Below, in pieces: positions 33,379 through 42,863 of a DNA stretch of 47,237 nucleotides (position 1 is its first letter; every line of letters starts with the position of its first letter). Source of the DNA: Candidatus Nanoarchaeia archaeon (lineage in GTDB: Archaea > Nanobdellota > Nanobdellia > Woesearchaeales > SM23-78); the NCBI GenBank assembly GCA_041479965.1, contig JBGOZE010000002.1:1-47237 (forward strand). Reading direction: 5' to 3'. The notes under the pieces are model-generated. The model had not been told where the DNA came from and did no database searches. It saw nothing but the letters and a program-made list of their open reading frames with translations. Made by a program: the position numbers and the translations under genes.

Positions 33379-34533
33379 TTGGCTAAATCTTTTTTCACAA
33401 GCGAAAGCGTCACTGAAGGTCATCCTGACAAGATATGCGACCAGATAAGCGATTCTATACTTGACGACCTATTACGCCAAGATCCTTATTCCAGGGTTGC
33501 TATTGAATCCTTGACCACAACAGGCTCTGTTCACGTGGCAGGAGAGGTCACCACCAAAGGCTTTGCTGATGTCCAGCAGATAGTCAGGCAGACACTCAAG
33601 GATATAGGTTACACTGACCCGAGGTTCGGAATAGATTTTGAAGATGCTGGCGTCTGGGTGTCTATCCACGCCCAAAGCCCGGACATATCTCAGGGAGTGA
33701 GCGAGGGCAAGAATAAGGAGCAGGGAGCAGGAGACCAGGGCATGATGTTCGGCTTTGCCTGCAACGAAACAAAAGAATTGATGCCTTTGCCGATAATGCT
33801 TGCCCATAGGCTGGCCATGAAGCTCGCAGAGGTAAGAAAGAAAGGAATTGTCAAAGGGCTTGGTCCTGACGGCAAGAGCCAGGTAACTGTTGAGTACGAT
33901 GATGGCAAGCCTAAGAGGGTTGATGCTGTGGTGATAGCGCAGCAGCACATCGATGATGTCTCTGAGGACATATTGAGGAAAGATATCCTGGAGAAAGTGA
34001 TCAAGCCTGTGTGCGGCAAGTACCTTGATGCTAAGACCAAGATTTTCATCAACGCCACTGGCAGGTTCGTGATTGGCGGGCCAGAGGGAGACACAGGAGT
34101 CACTGGAAGAAAAATAATAGTCGACACTTATGGTGGAATGGGAAGGCACGGGGGAGGAGCATTCTCAGGCAAAGACCCTAGCAAGGTTGACAGGTCTGCT
34201 ACCTATGCCTGCAGGTACATCGCCAAGAACATCGTGGCTGCTGGCCTCGCTGACAGGTGCGAAGTCCAACTATCATACGCGATTGGAGTCGCAGATCCCA
34301 TGGGCGTGTTTGTTGACACGTTTGGCACTGGCAAGGTTGCTGATGACAAGATTGTCGAGCTCATCAAGAAGCATTTCCCGCTCAAGCCTGCTGAGATAAT
34401 CAAGCACCTGAATCTGAGAAGGCCCATCTACAGGAAGACTGCTGCCTACGGCCACTTCGGCAGGGAAGACCCTGATTTCACATGGGAGAAGACTGATAAG
34501 GCTGAACTGTTAAAAAAGGAAGTAAAGAAATAA
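33379..34533 (+). CDS. metK: S-adenosylmethionine synthetase, bacterial/eukaryal MetK type
   Basis: [29 protein letters not shown] and [17 protein letters not shown] favour the TTG start at 33379, which is preceded by GAGGTG at 6 nt. The track's ATG 33331 abuts the TATA box. Confidence 0.95.
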   Translation: MAKSFFTSESVTEGHPDKICDQISDSILDDLLRQDPYSRVAIESLTTTGSVHVAGEVTTKGFADVQQIVRQTLKDIGYTDPRFGIDFEDAGVWVSIHAQSPDISQGVSEGKNKEQGAGDQGMMFGFACNETKELMPLPIMLAHRLAMKLAEVRKKGIVKGLGPDGKSQVTVEYDDGKPKRVDAVVIAQQHIDDVSEDILRKDILEKVIKPVCGKYLDAKTKIFINATGRFVIGGPEGDTGVTGRKIIVDTYGGMGRHGGGAFSGKDPSKVDRSATYACRYIAKNIVAAGLADRCEVQLSYAIGVADPMGVFVDTFGTGKVADDKIVELIKKHFPLKPAEIIKHLNLRRPIYRKTAAYGHFGREDPDFTWEKTDKAELLKKEVKK

Positions 34534-34537
34534 ATTC

Positions 34538-34687
34538 TCACCTGAATACAGGATGGATGTATTCAATCTCTGCATCAGGCTCCTCTACGAAATTCTGTTT
34601 TGGGCAGTGGTCGCATTTCATAGCCACAAATCCTTTCTTCTTCTTGTCAGGGTCAAAGCATATTCCGTTGAATGAGTATTCGCACAT
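34538..34687 (-). CDS. possible small Cys-containing protein (49 aa)
   Basis: Below the track cutoff. MCEYSFNGICFDPDKKKKGFVAMKCDHCPKQNFVEEPDAEIEYIHPVFR. Convergent with metK. Coding status is uncertain. Confidence 0.3.
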   Translation of the reverse strand: MCEYSFNGICFDPDKKKKGFVAMKCDHCPKQNFVEEPDAEIEYIHPVFR

Positions 34688-34843
34688 CTTACATCACCGT
34701 TACATCTTGTACGCTCTTCTTTGTTTTCTCTGTTTTTAAACTTTGCGCAAATCATCCGTACACCATCACTATTTTATAATGGTTACAGAATACAAAAAGA
34801 TATAAATACTCGCGAATCAAAGGAAATTATCAGAGGAAGGTTT

Positions 34844-35452
34844 ATGGGGAAGAAAGGGTACCTAGGCATTGACGAGTCCAACAACGGAAGATTCCCGGAA
34901 ATATTTGTCGCAGTCTATTCTGAGGATGAAGCAGATATCACTCATCATGACAGAGGGTTGTCGAAAAAAAGGAACAGGCTAGGTGACAGCATCAGCAGCA
35001 TTCTAAAAGGAAGAGAATACCTGTACGTTATGGCTGGCGAGGAATACGGCAGGGCATTCCCTATGCCCAACATTAGTGTGATAGCATGTTCTGAGCTCAT
35101 CAACTCATTCGGAGACCTGGAGCTCGTGATAATAGATGGGCTTCCGGGAGTCCAGTACATGAAAAAGCTTGAAAGCATGATCAAGTGCGGCACACAGATC
35201 AAGACTGCTGCAAAAGGCGACACCACCTACCCTATAGTCAACCTGGCAGACCGCATAGCGCACAAGCTCTACAAGTACCACTCAGAAGCCAAGAGAAGGA
35301 ACAATGACGGGAATGATTATCAGGATAGCCTCATCATCCCCGGAATAGAGGATTATGCTTCCTTGTACAAGACAGAAAAAGATGAGAAAAGCCACAGGCA
35401 GAAAGAGCCTTTCATTAAGAACGCGGCAGTAGCGCTCCAGAAGATAGCATAA
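34844..35452 (+). CDS. divergent RNase HII-like protein
   Basis: LGIDESNNGRFPEIFVAVYSEDE (compare GIDEAGRGP...), VIIDGLPGV, and AAKGDTTYPIVNLADRIAHKL (compare KADxxxPxVSAASILAK). ATG 34844 is preceded by AGAGGAAGG and a TATA at 34798-34810. Confidence 0.5.
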   Translation: MGKKGYLGIDESNNGRFPEIFVAVYSEDEADITHHDRGLSKKRNRLGDSISSILKGREYLYVMAGEEYGRAFPMPNISVIACSELINSFGDLELVIIDGLPGVQYMKKLESMIKCGTQIKTAAKGDTTYPIVNLADRIAHKLYKYHSEAKRRNNDGNDYQDSLIIPGIEDYASLYKTEKDEKSHRQKEPFIKNAAVALQKIA

Positions 35453-35496
35453 ATAACCTTGTTCTAGCAATTATTAATTCAGAAGAATAATGCTGC

Positions 35497-36120
35497 CTAA
35501 AGCTTGGTCTTGACTACCTTGTCAGAGATAATAGCGGAATTACCGCTCGGGTCCTCGATGATGATCTTCAATTTCTCCTGGCCCCATATCACCCTGAGCA
35601 GCTTCTTCAGGATGTTCTTGGCCTTCTTCTTGTCATCCTCGTCCTCAGAATCATCCCTCAAGATCTCGACCATCTTCTTCATCCTCTGCAAGATGCCCTC
35701 GATGTTGGTGATGTAGCCATTGGAAGCTGCTCCAGGCTCAATGTTCCCGACATGAGGAATCTTCACAGTAGCATTGGCTGACTTGATGACGCGTATCTTC
35801 ATGTCATCCTCAGAGCCTATCTCGATAGTATATTTGCACGGCTCTCGCTCCTCTTCTGATTCCACATCAGACTTGTGATAGTTGCAAGAAGAGCAGTTCA
35901 TGGAGAAAAGATAGGTCTTGCCAAAGAAAGGCACGTCCGTCATGGCCTCTATCAAGGTGAGAGTCTTATTATGGCAGATAGGACATTCCTCGCCCTTTAT
36001 CAGCGACGGAGCTTCATCCTCAGCTCCCTCTGCCTTCTTTGGCTTGGCCTCTTTCTCCTCTATTGCTTTTGCCTTTTTCCCCGCGGCACCAGCTTTTTTA
36101 TTATCAACCATACCTTTCAT
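35497..36120 (-). CDS. ZPR1-related zinc-finger protein
   Basis: CPICHNKTL...NCSSCNYH C4 zinc finger followed by the ZPR1 beta-domain (KYTIEIGSEDDMKIRVIKSANATVKIPHVG...ITNIEG). Confidence 0.75.
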   Translation of the reverse strand: MKGMVDNKKAGAAGKKAKAIEEKEAKPKKAEGAEDEAPSLIKGEECPICHNKTLTLIEAMTDVPFFGKTYLFSMNCSSCNYHKSDVESEEEREPCKYTIEIGSEDDMKIRVIKSANATVKIPHVGNIEPGAASNGYITNIEGILQRMKKMVEILRDDSEDEDDKKKAKNILKKLLRVIWGQEKLKIIIEDPSGNSAIISDKVVKTKL

Positions 36121-36212
36121 ACTGGAAAAGATGCTTTTTATAGTTTATGGTTATATAAACTAATAGTTCGCAACACCTAGGTTGTTTAATAGAAAGCTTT
36201 TTAAAACATCAA

Positions 36213-36731
36213 TCAGGAATTTTTAAAGCTATTCATTTGCTGCACATTGTTTGCAACTGAGAAGTTATTTGCCTTTTTTGCATAGCTAACATAAACCTTT
36301 CTGTAATGGTCGTACATCATCTCTATTTGGGGTTTGATTTTTTTCGCATCATCCTTGGAGATTTCAAAATCAGTTATCTCTCCAGCTATAACCTTTTCCA
36401 GGGAATTGCCAACTCTTTGCCAGTCTGAAGCAAGAGCTATTGCATCCATCTGTTCTGGAGCCAAATCTGCTCTATCGTATAACGGATGAATTGAATCATT
36501 AATTTCATCCATCACACCAAGAACAAGATTTATTCTCTTAGAATCTGGATTTAAGCTGAATCCCATTCCATAGAAATCACGAACCGAGCTCATGCCTCTC
36601 AGAAAAGCCTTCCTGCGTTGCTTTCTTTTGGCTTCATTATCCTCAGGTTTTTCCTTTGATGCCAGCCACTGATTATAGCTTTTGACTGTTTCATCAAACT
36701 CAATCGCATAGTCCTTTTCTTGGGTTTTCAT
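36213..36731 (-). CDS. hypothetical protein
   Basis: 172 aa ORF with no recognised motifs. Confidence 0.45.
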   Translation of the reverse strand: MKTQEKDYAIEFDETVKSYNQWLASKEKPEDNEAKRKQRRKAFLRGMSSVRDFYGMGFSLNPDSKRINLVLGVMDEINDSIHPLYDRADLAPEQMDAIALASDWQRVGNSLEKVIAGEITDFEISKDDAKKIKPQIEMMYDHYRKVYVSYAKKANNFSVANNVQQMNSFKNS

Positions 36732-36847
36732 TAAGGAATGGAATCTGCTTGTGCAATATAAACATTTCGAAAAAAATAATAGTTCATAAATTCGTTAACT
36801 AATAAGAACAAAACTAGAGAAACAAAGAAAAAAACAATGAAAAAATC

Positions 36848-37285
36848 TTACATGTCTGAGTCGCCTGCTGCGCCTGCTCCGCCAGTCATCTCCTCCTTGA
36901 GAGGATTGGTGGCCTTGCTCCTGTAGATGGTTGCAAAGCTCGGGGTGATTACAATGTAGTCATCGCCGAAGCCTGCGATGTCGCCTTCTATGGCGTCACA
37001 GGTCTTCTTGAGCTTGTTGACTGCTCTTTTCAGCTCTACCAGATCTTTCTCTTTGAGAGGCTTGATGTTGACCAAAGCTATGGTGTAGCCTTCTCTCAGT
37101 GAGTCAAGCACTGGCTTGATGTCAGAGAAGTCGTTCATCACAAAAGGCCTTACAATGATTCGTGAGCCCTTGCCGCGCTCTGCTTCTGTGTTCAGCTCAA
37201 CGTAATCATCTGTTGCCTGGACATTCTCATCCTCGTCAAAGTGCTCCTTCTTCATGCGTTTGAATGATAAAAACTTCCAAGCCAT
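36848..37285 (-). CDS. sepF: cell-division protein SepF (DUF552)
   Basis: ...IIVRPFVMNDFSDIKPVLDSLREGYTIALVNIKPLKEKDLVELKRAVNKLKKTCDAIEGDIAGFGDDYIVITP is the canonical SepF core. Confidence 0.85.
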   Translation of the reverse strand: MAWKFLSFKRMKKEHFDEDENVQATDDYVELNTEAERGKGSRIIVRPFVMNDFSDIKPVLDSLREGYTIALVNIKPLKEKDLVELKRAVNKLKKTCDAIEGDIAGFGDDYIVITPSFATIYRSKATNPLKEEMTGGAGAAGDSDM

Positions 37286-37414
37286 AATTTCCCTCCTTAA
37301 TCCTCACCTTAACCGAGGTTTCATATTGATTGTATAATTAACCTTTGGTCTTACTCTTTTAATATATAAAGCTTTTGTTTTTCGTGCATAATTCCTGATA
37401 AAGCCCTAAAATGA

Positions 37415-38455
37415 TTATGCAACCCAAGGGCCCAGCCTGTCTTTCAGCTCATCTATCATGGAGATGTCTGTCGGGTTGGTCTTAAGCCTCAAGGCCAGAT
37501 AGTAGCTGGTGAGGTCTCCAAGGATGATGGCTGAGAACATCTTGCTGAGCAGCGAAGTCCCGTGTATGGCTATCTCTGTTGCGCTCACTCCTTTGCGCAG
37601 CATGATATCCTTGGTCAGCACCATTCTTCTCTGCACTCTCCTGTGGTCCTCATCAAACCTTAGGATGATGGCGTGATAGTTGCCTCGGACATTCTCGAAG
37701 CCCTGGAACTCATTGTGGTTAAGCTCAGAGAATACGTGGTTGAAAGCTTGGGTCTTGGAGTTCTCATTGAACTGGCACTTCCACCTGTAGCCTATGGCTC
37801 CGAATCTTGGTCCAGCATATATCAGTGGTGTCCTGTGGACTAGTTTTTCAGATAGTATCATGGCGTTCTTCTCCAATCCCGGGAGCTGGGCTTTGAGCTC
37901 TTCTTTGAGCTTGATGACGTCCTTGGCTTTGCTCTCAATCAATCTCAGCTTTTCAAGAATCCTTAGGATTGCGAAGAACAGATAGGCCAATGCAGCCCTG
38001 GGCTGATAGCCAGTGGGAATATTAACAATTATAAGCTTCGAAACTCGGGCATATTCCTCAATCTTTCCGCCAGTTGTGACCACGATGACGTCGCAGCCCT
38101 TCCTCCTTGCTTCCTTGTACATGCTCAAGGTCTCTTCTGTGTTGCCTGAGTAGGAGCAAGCTATGATAAGGGTTTGCTTGTCAACCCATAGTGGAAGCGA
38201 GTAGTCCTGGACAACTTCCAAGCGAATGGGCTGGTCTGCGAGAAATCCTTTTAGCAATAGGCCTGCTATGGCTGAGCCTCCCATGCCTGCCATTAGAACG
38301 CTAGAATATTTTCCTCCTGCTTTGCTGAAATCCAGGGTTTCTGCTAGTTTGTAGCCTTGCTCTGCCTGCTCAGGAGTTTGCAGGATAGCCTGCCTCATGT
38401 TCTCTGTATCGTATTTGTAGTAATCATCAGGCAGCTTAAGCTCTTGCTCAGTCAT
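37415..38455 (-). CDS. bifunctional phosphoglucose/phosphomannose isomerase (SIS family)
   Basis: SIS motifs GMGGSAIAG and CSYSGNTEET. Length and layout are typical of archaeal PGI/PMI. Confidence 0.8.
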   Translation of the reverse strand: MTEQELKLPDDYYKYDTENMRQAILQTPEQAEQGYKLAETLDFSKAGGKYSSVLMAGMGGSAIAGLLLKGFLADQPIRLEVVQDYSLPLWVDKQTLIIACSYSGNTEETLSMYKEARRKGCDVIVVTTGGKIEEYARVSKLIIVNIPTGYQPRAALAYLFFAILRILEKLRLIESKAKDVIKLKEELKAQLPGLEKNAMILSEKLVHRTPLIYAGPRFGAIGYRWKCQFNENSKTQAFNHVFSELNHNEFQGFENVRGNYHAIILRFDEDHRRVQRRMVLTKDIMLRKGVSATEIAIHGTSLLSKMFSAIILGDLTSYYLALRLKTNPTDISMIDELKDRLGPWVA

Positions 38456-38745
38456 AAGAATCCTTCCTCATCTTTTCCCTTTGCCTAGAGAATTATTTCC
38501 GGATTTTAAATACTTTATGATAACAGCGAACCGCTAATCAATGTGAGAGTCATAAAATTTCACGCTTCAGTGTGAGAGTAGGATTGAGCACGGTTCGCTG
38601 GGATGAGAACGCTCGCAGGACTTAAAATCTCTTACTTTAGTGTGAGCGTTCCCATAAAAATGATTGAAAGGATTAATTAGAAAGTTTTAAATACGCCCGC
38701 TATTTATTATTGATAGTTAAAAAAACTTAAAAAAGGGGCTGGTGA

Positions 38746-39354
38746 ATGAAGCAAGATAATAATTTCTCCTACTTGATAGGCATACTATCTTTGGCCCTGA
38801 TTCTCTTGCTCTTGATTGCCTTAGCAGGAGCAGAAGTAGATGGCGGGGCGGCTGATCTCACTGCAACAAAATCGCCTGTTACTCCGCCAGAAAAACCTTC
38901 ATGGTTCTTGCCCATCATAATATCAGTCATCATCCTTGAGGCTGGTTTCATCTTCATCATCCTGAGCAGGAGAAAAGCCAAGAGCCAGACTAAAGCTCTG
39001 CCAGAGGCAGAGAAGAAGCCAGAGCCTGAGCCCAAGGACCTGACTATCAGGCCAGACATGGTGATATCTTATGAGAAAGTCAGGCACGTTGAGAAGTTCA
39101 TCGAGAGCCAGTTGCGAAAGGGCAAGAGCACCACTGAGATCAAGCACGAGCTGATAAGCGTGGGCTGGGACGAGCACGTTGTCGAAGTCATCTTGCACGA
39201 TGTCCACACAGTAGACAAGAAGATTGACAAGCTCGACAAGTTCGTGCTCGAGAACATCAACAAAGGCATGCCCATTGATGAGATAAGGACAACGCTAGTC
39301 AACATAGGCTGGCGAGAAGACTTGATAGACTTGGTGCTTGACGACTTCAAATGA
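38746..39354 (+). CDS. membrane protein with duplicated C-terminal helical motif
   Basis: A signal/TM segment, a second TM, then two copies of KGxxxxEIxxxLxxxGWxxxxxxxxL (KGKSTTEIKHELISVGWDEHVVEVIL and KGMPIDEIRTTLVNIGWREDLIDLVL). Confidence 0.55.
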   Translation: MKQDNNFSYLIGILSLALILLLLIALAGAEVDGGAADLTATKSPVTPPEKPSWFLPIIISVIILEAGFIFIILSRRKAKSQTKALPEAEKKPEPEPKDLTIRPDMVISYEKVRHVEKFIESQLRKGKSTTEIKHELISVGWDEHVVEVILHDVHTVDKKIDKLDKFVLENINKGMPIDEIRTTLVNIGWREDLIDLVLDDFK

Positions 39355-39595
39355 TTCTGAGTGATAACAAAAACTCGCTGCTCGAGCCTATCTGCGACCT
39401 GAAGGTCGTAGTATTACGGCTCTCGCTTAATCGCGAGTTTTTGGGACGAGCAAGCAAGGCTTGCTGGCTCAGAAAATCAGTTGTTTTCTGGGACCAAAAA
39501 GTCGAGCCTGTATCTACAAACTAAAGTATATAGTATTATGCTCGACTTTTTGATAAAAAAGATTTATTAATTCATGCCTATTTCCCCTCTTCTCC

Positions 39596-40879
39596 ATGAG
39601 AATATTCATCCGTACTTTCGGCTGTACATTGAACCAGTCTGACAGCGAGGTAATGGCAGGATTGCTTGCCAAAGCTGGCCATGAATTGGTCTCTGAGCTA
39701 GCAAACGCAGAGATGGTGCTCTTCAACACCTGCACAGTCAAGGACAAACCAGAGAAAAGGTTTTATTCTGAACTTAAGAAAGTCATGGATAGCGGCAAGA
39801 AGGTTGTGGTTGCTGGCTGCATCCCCCAGTCAGACTCATATAATGAGTCATTGAAGCATGTTTCATTGATTGGAGTCCGCAATCTTGACAGCATCGTTGA
39901 GGTCGTGGAGAAGACTGCTGCTGGCCAGGCAGTGAGATTGCTTGGCTCAAGCAATAATCCAAGGCTTAACCTGCCGAAGATCAGGAAGACTTCTGCTGTC
40001 GAGATAATCCCCATAGCAGTCGGATGCCTTGGCGAGTGCAGCTATTGCAAGACCAGGTTCGCTCGCGGCAAACTGATGAGCTATGAAGCTCGAGCCATCA
40101 AGAAACAGTTCGAAGATGCATTGGCTGATGGTGTCAAGGAGGTGTGGCTGACAAGCCAGGACTGCGGAGCCTATGGAAAAGACATCAACTCAAGCCTTCC
40201 TGAGCTGCTCAATGAGCTCTTGAAGGTCAAGATGAACCCTGATGTCAGGATAAGGATAGGCATGATCAATCCCAACCACGCCCTTGAATTCCTGGACGAA
40301 TATGTGCAAATCCTCAAGCATCCTAATGTGTTCAAGTTCGCTCACCTGCCTGTGCAGAGCGGAAGCAATAACATCTTGAGCTCGATGAACAGGAAATACA
40401 AGGCCGAGGACTTTGTGAAGATAGTCAAGAGGCTCAGGAAAGAAATCCCTATGATAACCATAGCCACAGACATCATCTGCGGCTTCCCTGGCGAGAGCGA
40501 TGATGATTTTGACAAGACTTACAAGCTGCTTGAGGCTCTCAAGATTCCAGTGGTCAACATCACCAAATTCTCTCCGAGGCCCAGGACTCCTGCTGCTAGG
40601 ATGCAGAAGCTCAACACCAAGATTGTCAATCAGAGGTCTTCGAGGCTGGGTGAGCTCCAGGCGTGGTTCGTGGACAACAGGGATTGGCTGGGCTGGAAAG
40701 GCAGAATAATCATTGACAAGATGGGAAAAGAAGAGTCTGTGGTCGGAAGGAATGATTACTACAAGCCTGTTGTGATCAAGAAAGCTGACATGGCTGGCAA
40801 GAAGCTAGCGATTGGCGATGTTGTAGAAGTCAAGGTTGATGGTGCCATGCAGAATTATCTAGAGGCAAGTCCTGTATGA
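39596..40879 (+). CDS. archaeal/eukaryal-type MiaB-like methylthiotransferase (CDKAL1/e-MtaB-like radical SAM)
   Basis: UPF0004 N-domain MRIFIRTFGCTLNQSDSE, radical-SAM motif CLGECSYCKTRFARG and a C-terminal TRAM-like domain. Confidence 0.9.
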   Translation: MRIFIRTFGCTLNQSDSEVMAGLLAKAGHELVSELANAEMVLFNTCTVKDKPEKRFYSELKKVMDSGKKVVVAGCIPQSDSYNESLKHVSLIGVRNLDSIVEVVEKTAAGQAVRLLGSSNNPRLNLPKIRKTSAVEIIPIAVGCLGECSYCKTRFARGKLMSYEARAIKKQFEDALADGVKEVWLTSQDCGAYGKDINSSLPELLNELLKVKMNPDVRIRIGMINPNHALEFLDEYVQILKHPNVFKFAHLPVQSGSNNILSSMNRKYKAEDFVKIVKRLRKEIPMITIATDIICGFPGESDDDFDKTYKLLEALKIPVVNITKFSPRPRTPAARMQKLNTKIVNQRSSRLGELQAWFVDNRDWLGWKGRIIIDKMGKEESVVGRNDYYKPVVIKKADMAGKKLAIGDVVEVKVDGAMQNYLEASPV

Positions 40880-41232
40880 GAAACCATTCTCATATGCTGC
40901 TCACTCTCTCACTCACCCTCTTATTTTTTACGCATTTGCTTTCAGATACCCCCTGATGAACCTTGCGCGTTCAAGGTCTTTGCTCTCAATCTCTCCAAGG
41001 TCAACTTCGAGGGGCTCTTCTGAATCCTCATGGGACTCTCTCACTTTCACACCCCCTGAAAACCAAGTGAAAATCCTGCTTGACCCACTGGTTTTTTTAT
41101 GTACAACCCAGAGGTGTTTTTTTAATATTTAAATATTGTGGTGATTCATCATACTTTATCATACAAAACGTAAAATTTAAATATGCGATGCACATTTCAT
41201 CATACTTAATTCTTTTATCGAGGGGGATTAAT

Positions 41233-42066
41233 ATGAAAGAGAGAATCACTTTAACAATTGAGAAGGAAATTCTAGGGAGAGTAGACCGAAGCATCAACGG
41301 CACTGACGTGAAGAACCGAAGCCACGCAGTAGAGCTATTGCTCACCAAGGCATTCGGCGAGAACAAGCCCTCCAAGGCCATCATACTGGCGGGAGGGAAA
41401 GGCACCAGGATGAAGTCCATGACCAATTCCTTGCCCAAGCCCATGCTGAGGATACACAACAAGCCCATCCTCGAGCACAACATAGAGCTGCTCAAGAAGC
41501 ACGGAATAAAAGACATAGTCCTGAGCATCGGCTATCGAGGAGAGAAGATCAAAGAGTACTTTGGAGACGGAAGCCAGCTCGGAGTCAACATATCATATGT
41601 CGAAGAGGACGAGCCCATGGGGACAGCAGGCCCTCTCAACCTGCTCAAAGGCAAGATCAACGACACCTTCATACTCATGAATGGCGACGAGCTCAAAGAG
41701 ATAGACCTGGAAGACATGTTCATGTTTCACAAGAAAAACAAAGGGACAGCAACCATTGCATTGACAACTGTAGAAGACCCATCCATGTACGGAGTGGCTG
41801 TGATGAACGGCAACAAGGTCATGACCTTTGTGGAGAAGCCAAGCAAGGAGAGCGCGCCAAGCAAGCTCATAAGCGCAGGGCTCTACATCCTAGAGCCAGA
41901 GATACTCAAGACCATCCCTGACGGATTCTCCATGATGGAGAACGATGTCTTCCCTAAGTTAGCAACCAATGATAAGCTGCTAGGATATGTGTTCTCAGGC
42001 CAATGGTTCGACACAGGCACGCCAGAAAGATTCAGCCTAGCGGAAAGGGAATGGCAGAACAAGTGA
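41233..42066 (+). CDS. sugar-phosphate nucleotidyltransferase with N-terminal ribbon-helix-helix-like extension
   Basis: LAGGKGTRM...LPKPML... is an NTP-transferase fold. The first roughly 45 aa (MKERITLTIEKEILGRVDRSING...NRSHAVELLLTKAF) look CopG/RHH-like. ATG 41233 has GAGGGGG upstream. The track's longer ORF adds an implausible N-terminus. Confidence 0.85.
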   Translation: MKERITLTIEKEILGRVDRSINGTDVKNRSHAVELLLTKAFGENKPSKAIILAGGKGTRMKSMTNSLPKPMLRIHNKPILEHNIELLKKHGIKDIVLSIGYRGEKIKEYFGDGSQLGVNISYVEEDEPMGTAGPLNLLKGKINDTFILMNGDELKEIDLEDMFMFHKKNKGTATIALTTVEDPSMYGVAVMNGNKVMTFVEKPSKESAPSKLISAGLYILEPEILKTIPDGFSMMENDVFPKLATNDKLLGYVFSGQWFDTGTPERFSLAEREWQNK

Positions 42067-42067
42067 T

Positions 42068-42370
42068 ATGGTGACTGATTTCCAGAAAAAAGTCTACGAA
42101 CTGACTAAGAGAGTGCCGCGAGGGAAAGTCACAAGCTATTCTGCGATTGCGAAGAAACTCAGGAGCAGCCCGAGGGCTGTTGGCCAAGCATTGCGGGTGA
42201 ATCCCTTCGCCCCGATTGTTCCTTGCCATAGAGTTGTCAAGAGCGATGGGACAATAGGGGGATTTAACGGGCAGACATGCGGAAAATCTATTGACAGAAA
42301 GATTGCGATGCTGAGAGAAGAAGGCGTGACAGTGAAAGATAGCAGGATAGAAAAAAAGTTTTTTATATGA
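42068..42370 (+). CDS. ogt: methylated-DNA-protein-cysteine methyltransferase, C-terminal catalytic domain only
   Basis: Active-site motif IVPCHRVV and the HTH region (VTSYSAIAKKL). Only 100 aa. It starts 1 nt after the upstream stop. Confidence 0.85.
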   Translation: MVTDFQKKVYELTKRVPRGKVTSYSAIAKKLRSSPRAVGQALRVNPFAPIVPCHRVVKSDGTIGGFNGQTCGKSIDRKIAMLREEGVTVKDSRIEKKFFI

Positions 42371-42389
42371 GCTATGGTTTGCTGTTCCT

Positions 42390-42857
42390 ATGGTTAAGCC
42401 AAGCACAATAGAGGAGCAACTTGCAAAGCATGACATCTTATTGAATAATATCAAGGACAATCTTCCTGAGCTAGAGAAGCTGCTTGAGCAAGCTGATTCT
42501 CATTGGGGCGGAGAAGACGCGGTCTACAGGTATTACCATCAGTCATTCAAGGTCAACAGGGTGCAATCACTCACGCAGGAAATGTACGAATCCCTGGGAA
42601 AAATCTCTCCGCACGAGAAAAAAGATGTTCCAAATAAATTCTTCAACAACATCATGAAGCAAGGAGCCAGCGGCTTTGAGTTCAGCATAGAGCACAACTA
42701 CAAGTGGGAGAAAACCTACCGTCCTTGCCTGGAAGCCTTTTTCCATGCGCATTATTTCCTGGAGATGGCTGTGAAGTACGGAAAGAAATATGAAAAAGCA
42801 CCGAGCATGCTTGATTCTGGCTGGGCTGCACTGCTAGAGCTGTACAATATAAGATAA
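42390..42857 (+). CDS. hypothetical protein
   Basis: 155 aa ORF that looks helical. No family recognised. Confidence 0.45.
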   Translation: MVKPSTIEEQLAKHDILLNNIKDNLPELEKLLEQADSHWGGEDAVYRYYHQSFKVNRVQSLTQEMYESLGKISPHEKKDVPNKFFNNIMKQGASGFEFSIEHNYKWEKTYRPCLEAFFHAHYFLEMAVKYGKKYEKAPSMLDSGWAALLELYNIR

Positions 42858-42863
42858 CTTCAT

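Noticed and set aside
33472-34455. Minus-strand ORFs inside metK (225 aa, 145 aa and smaller)
   Set aside because: They are antisense to an unambiguous MetK frame.
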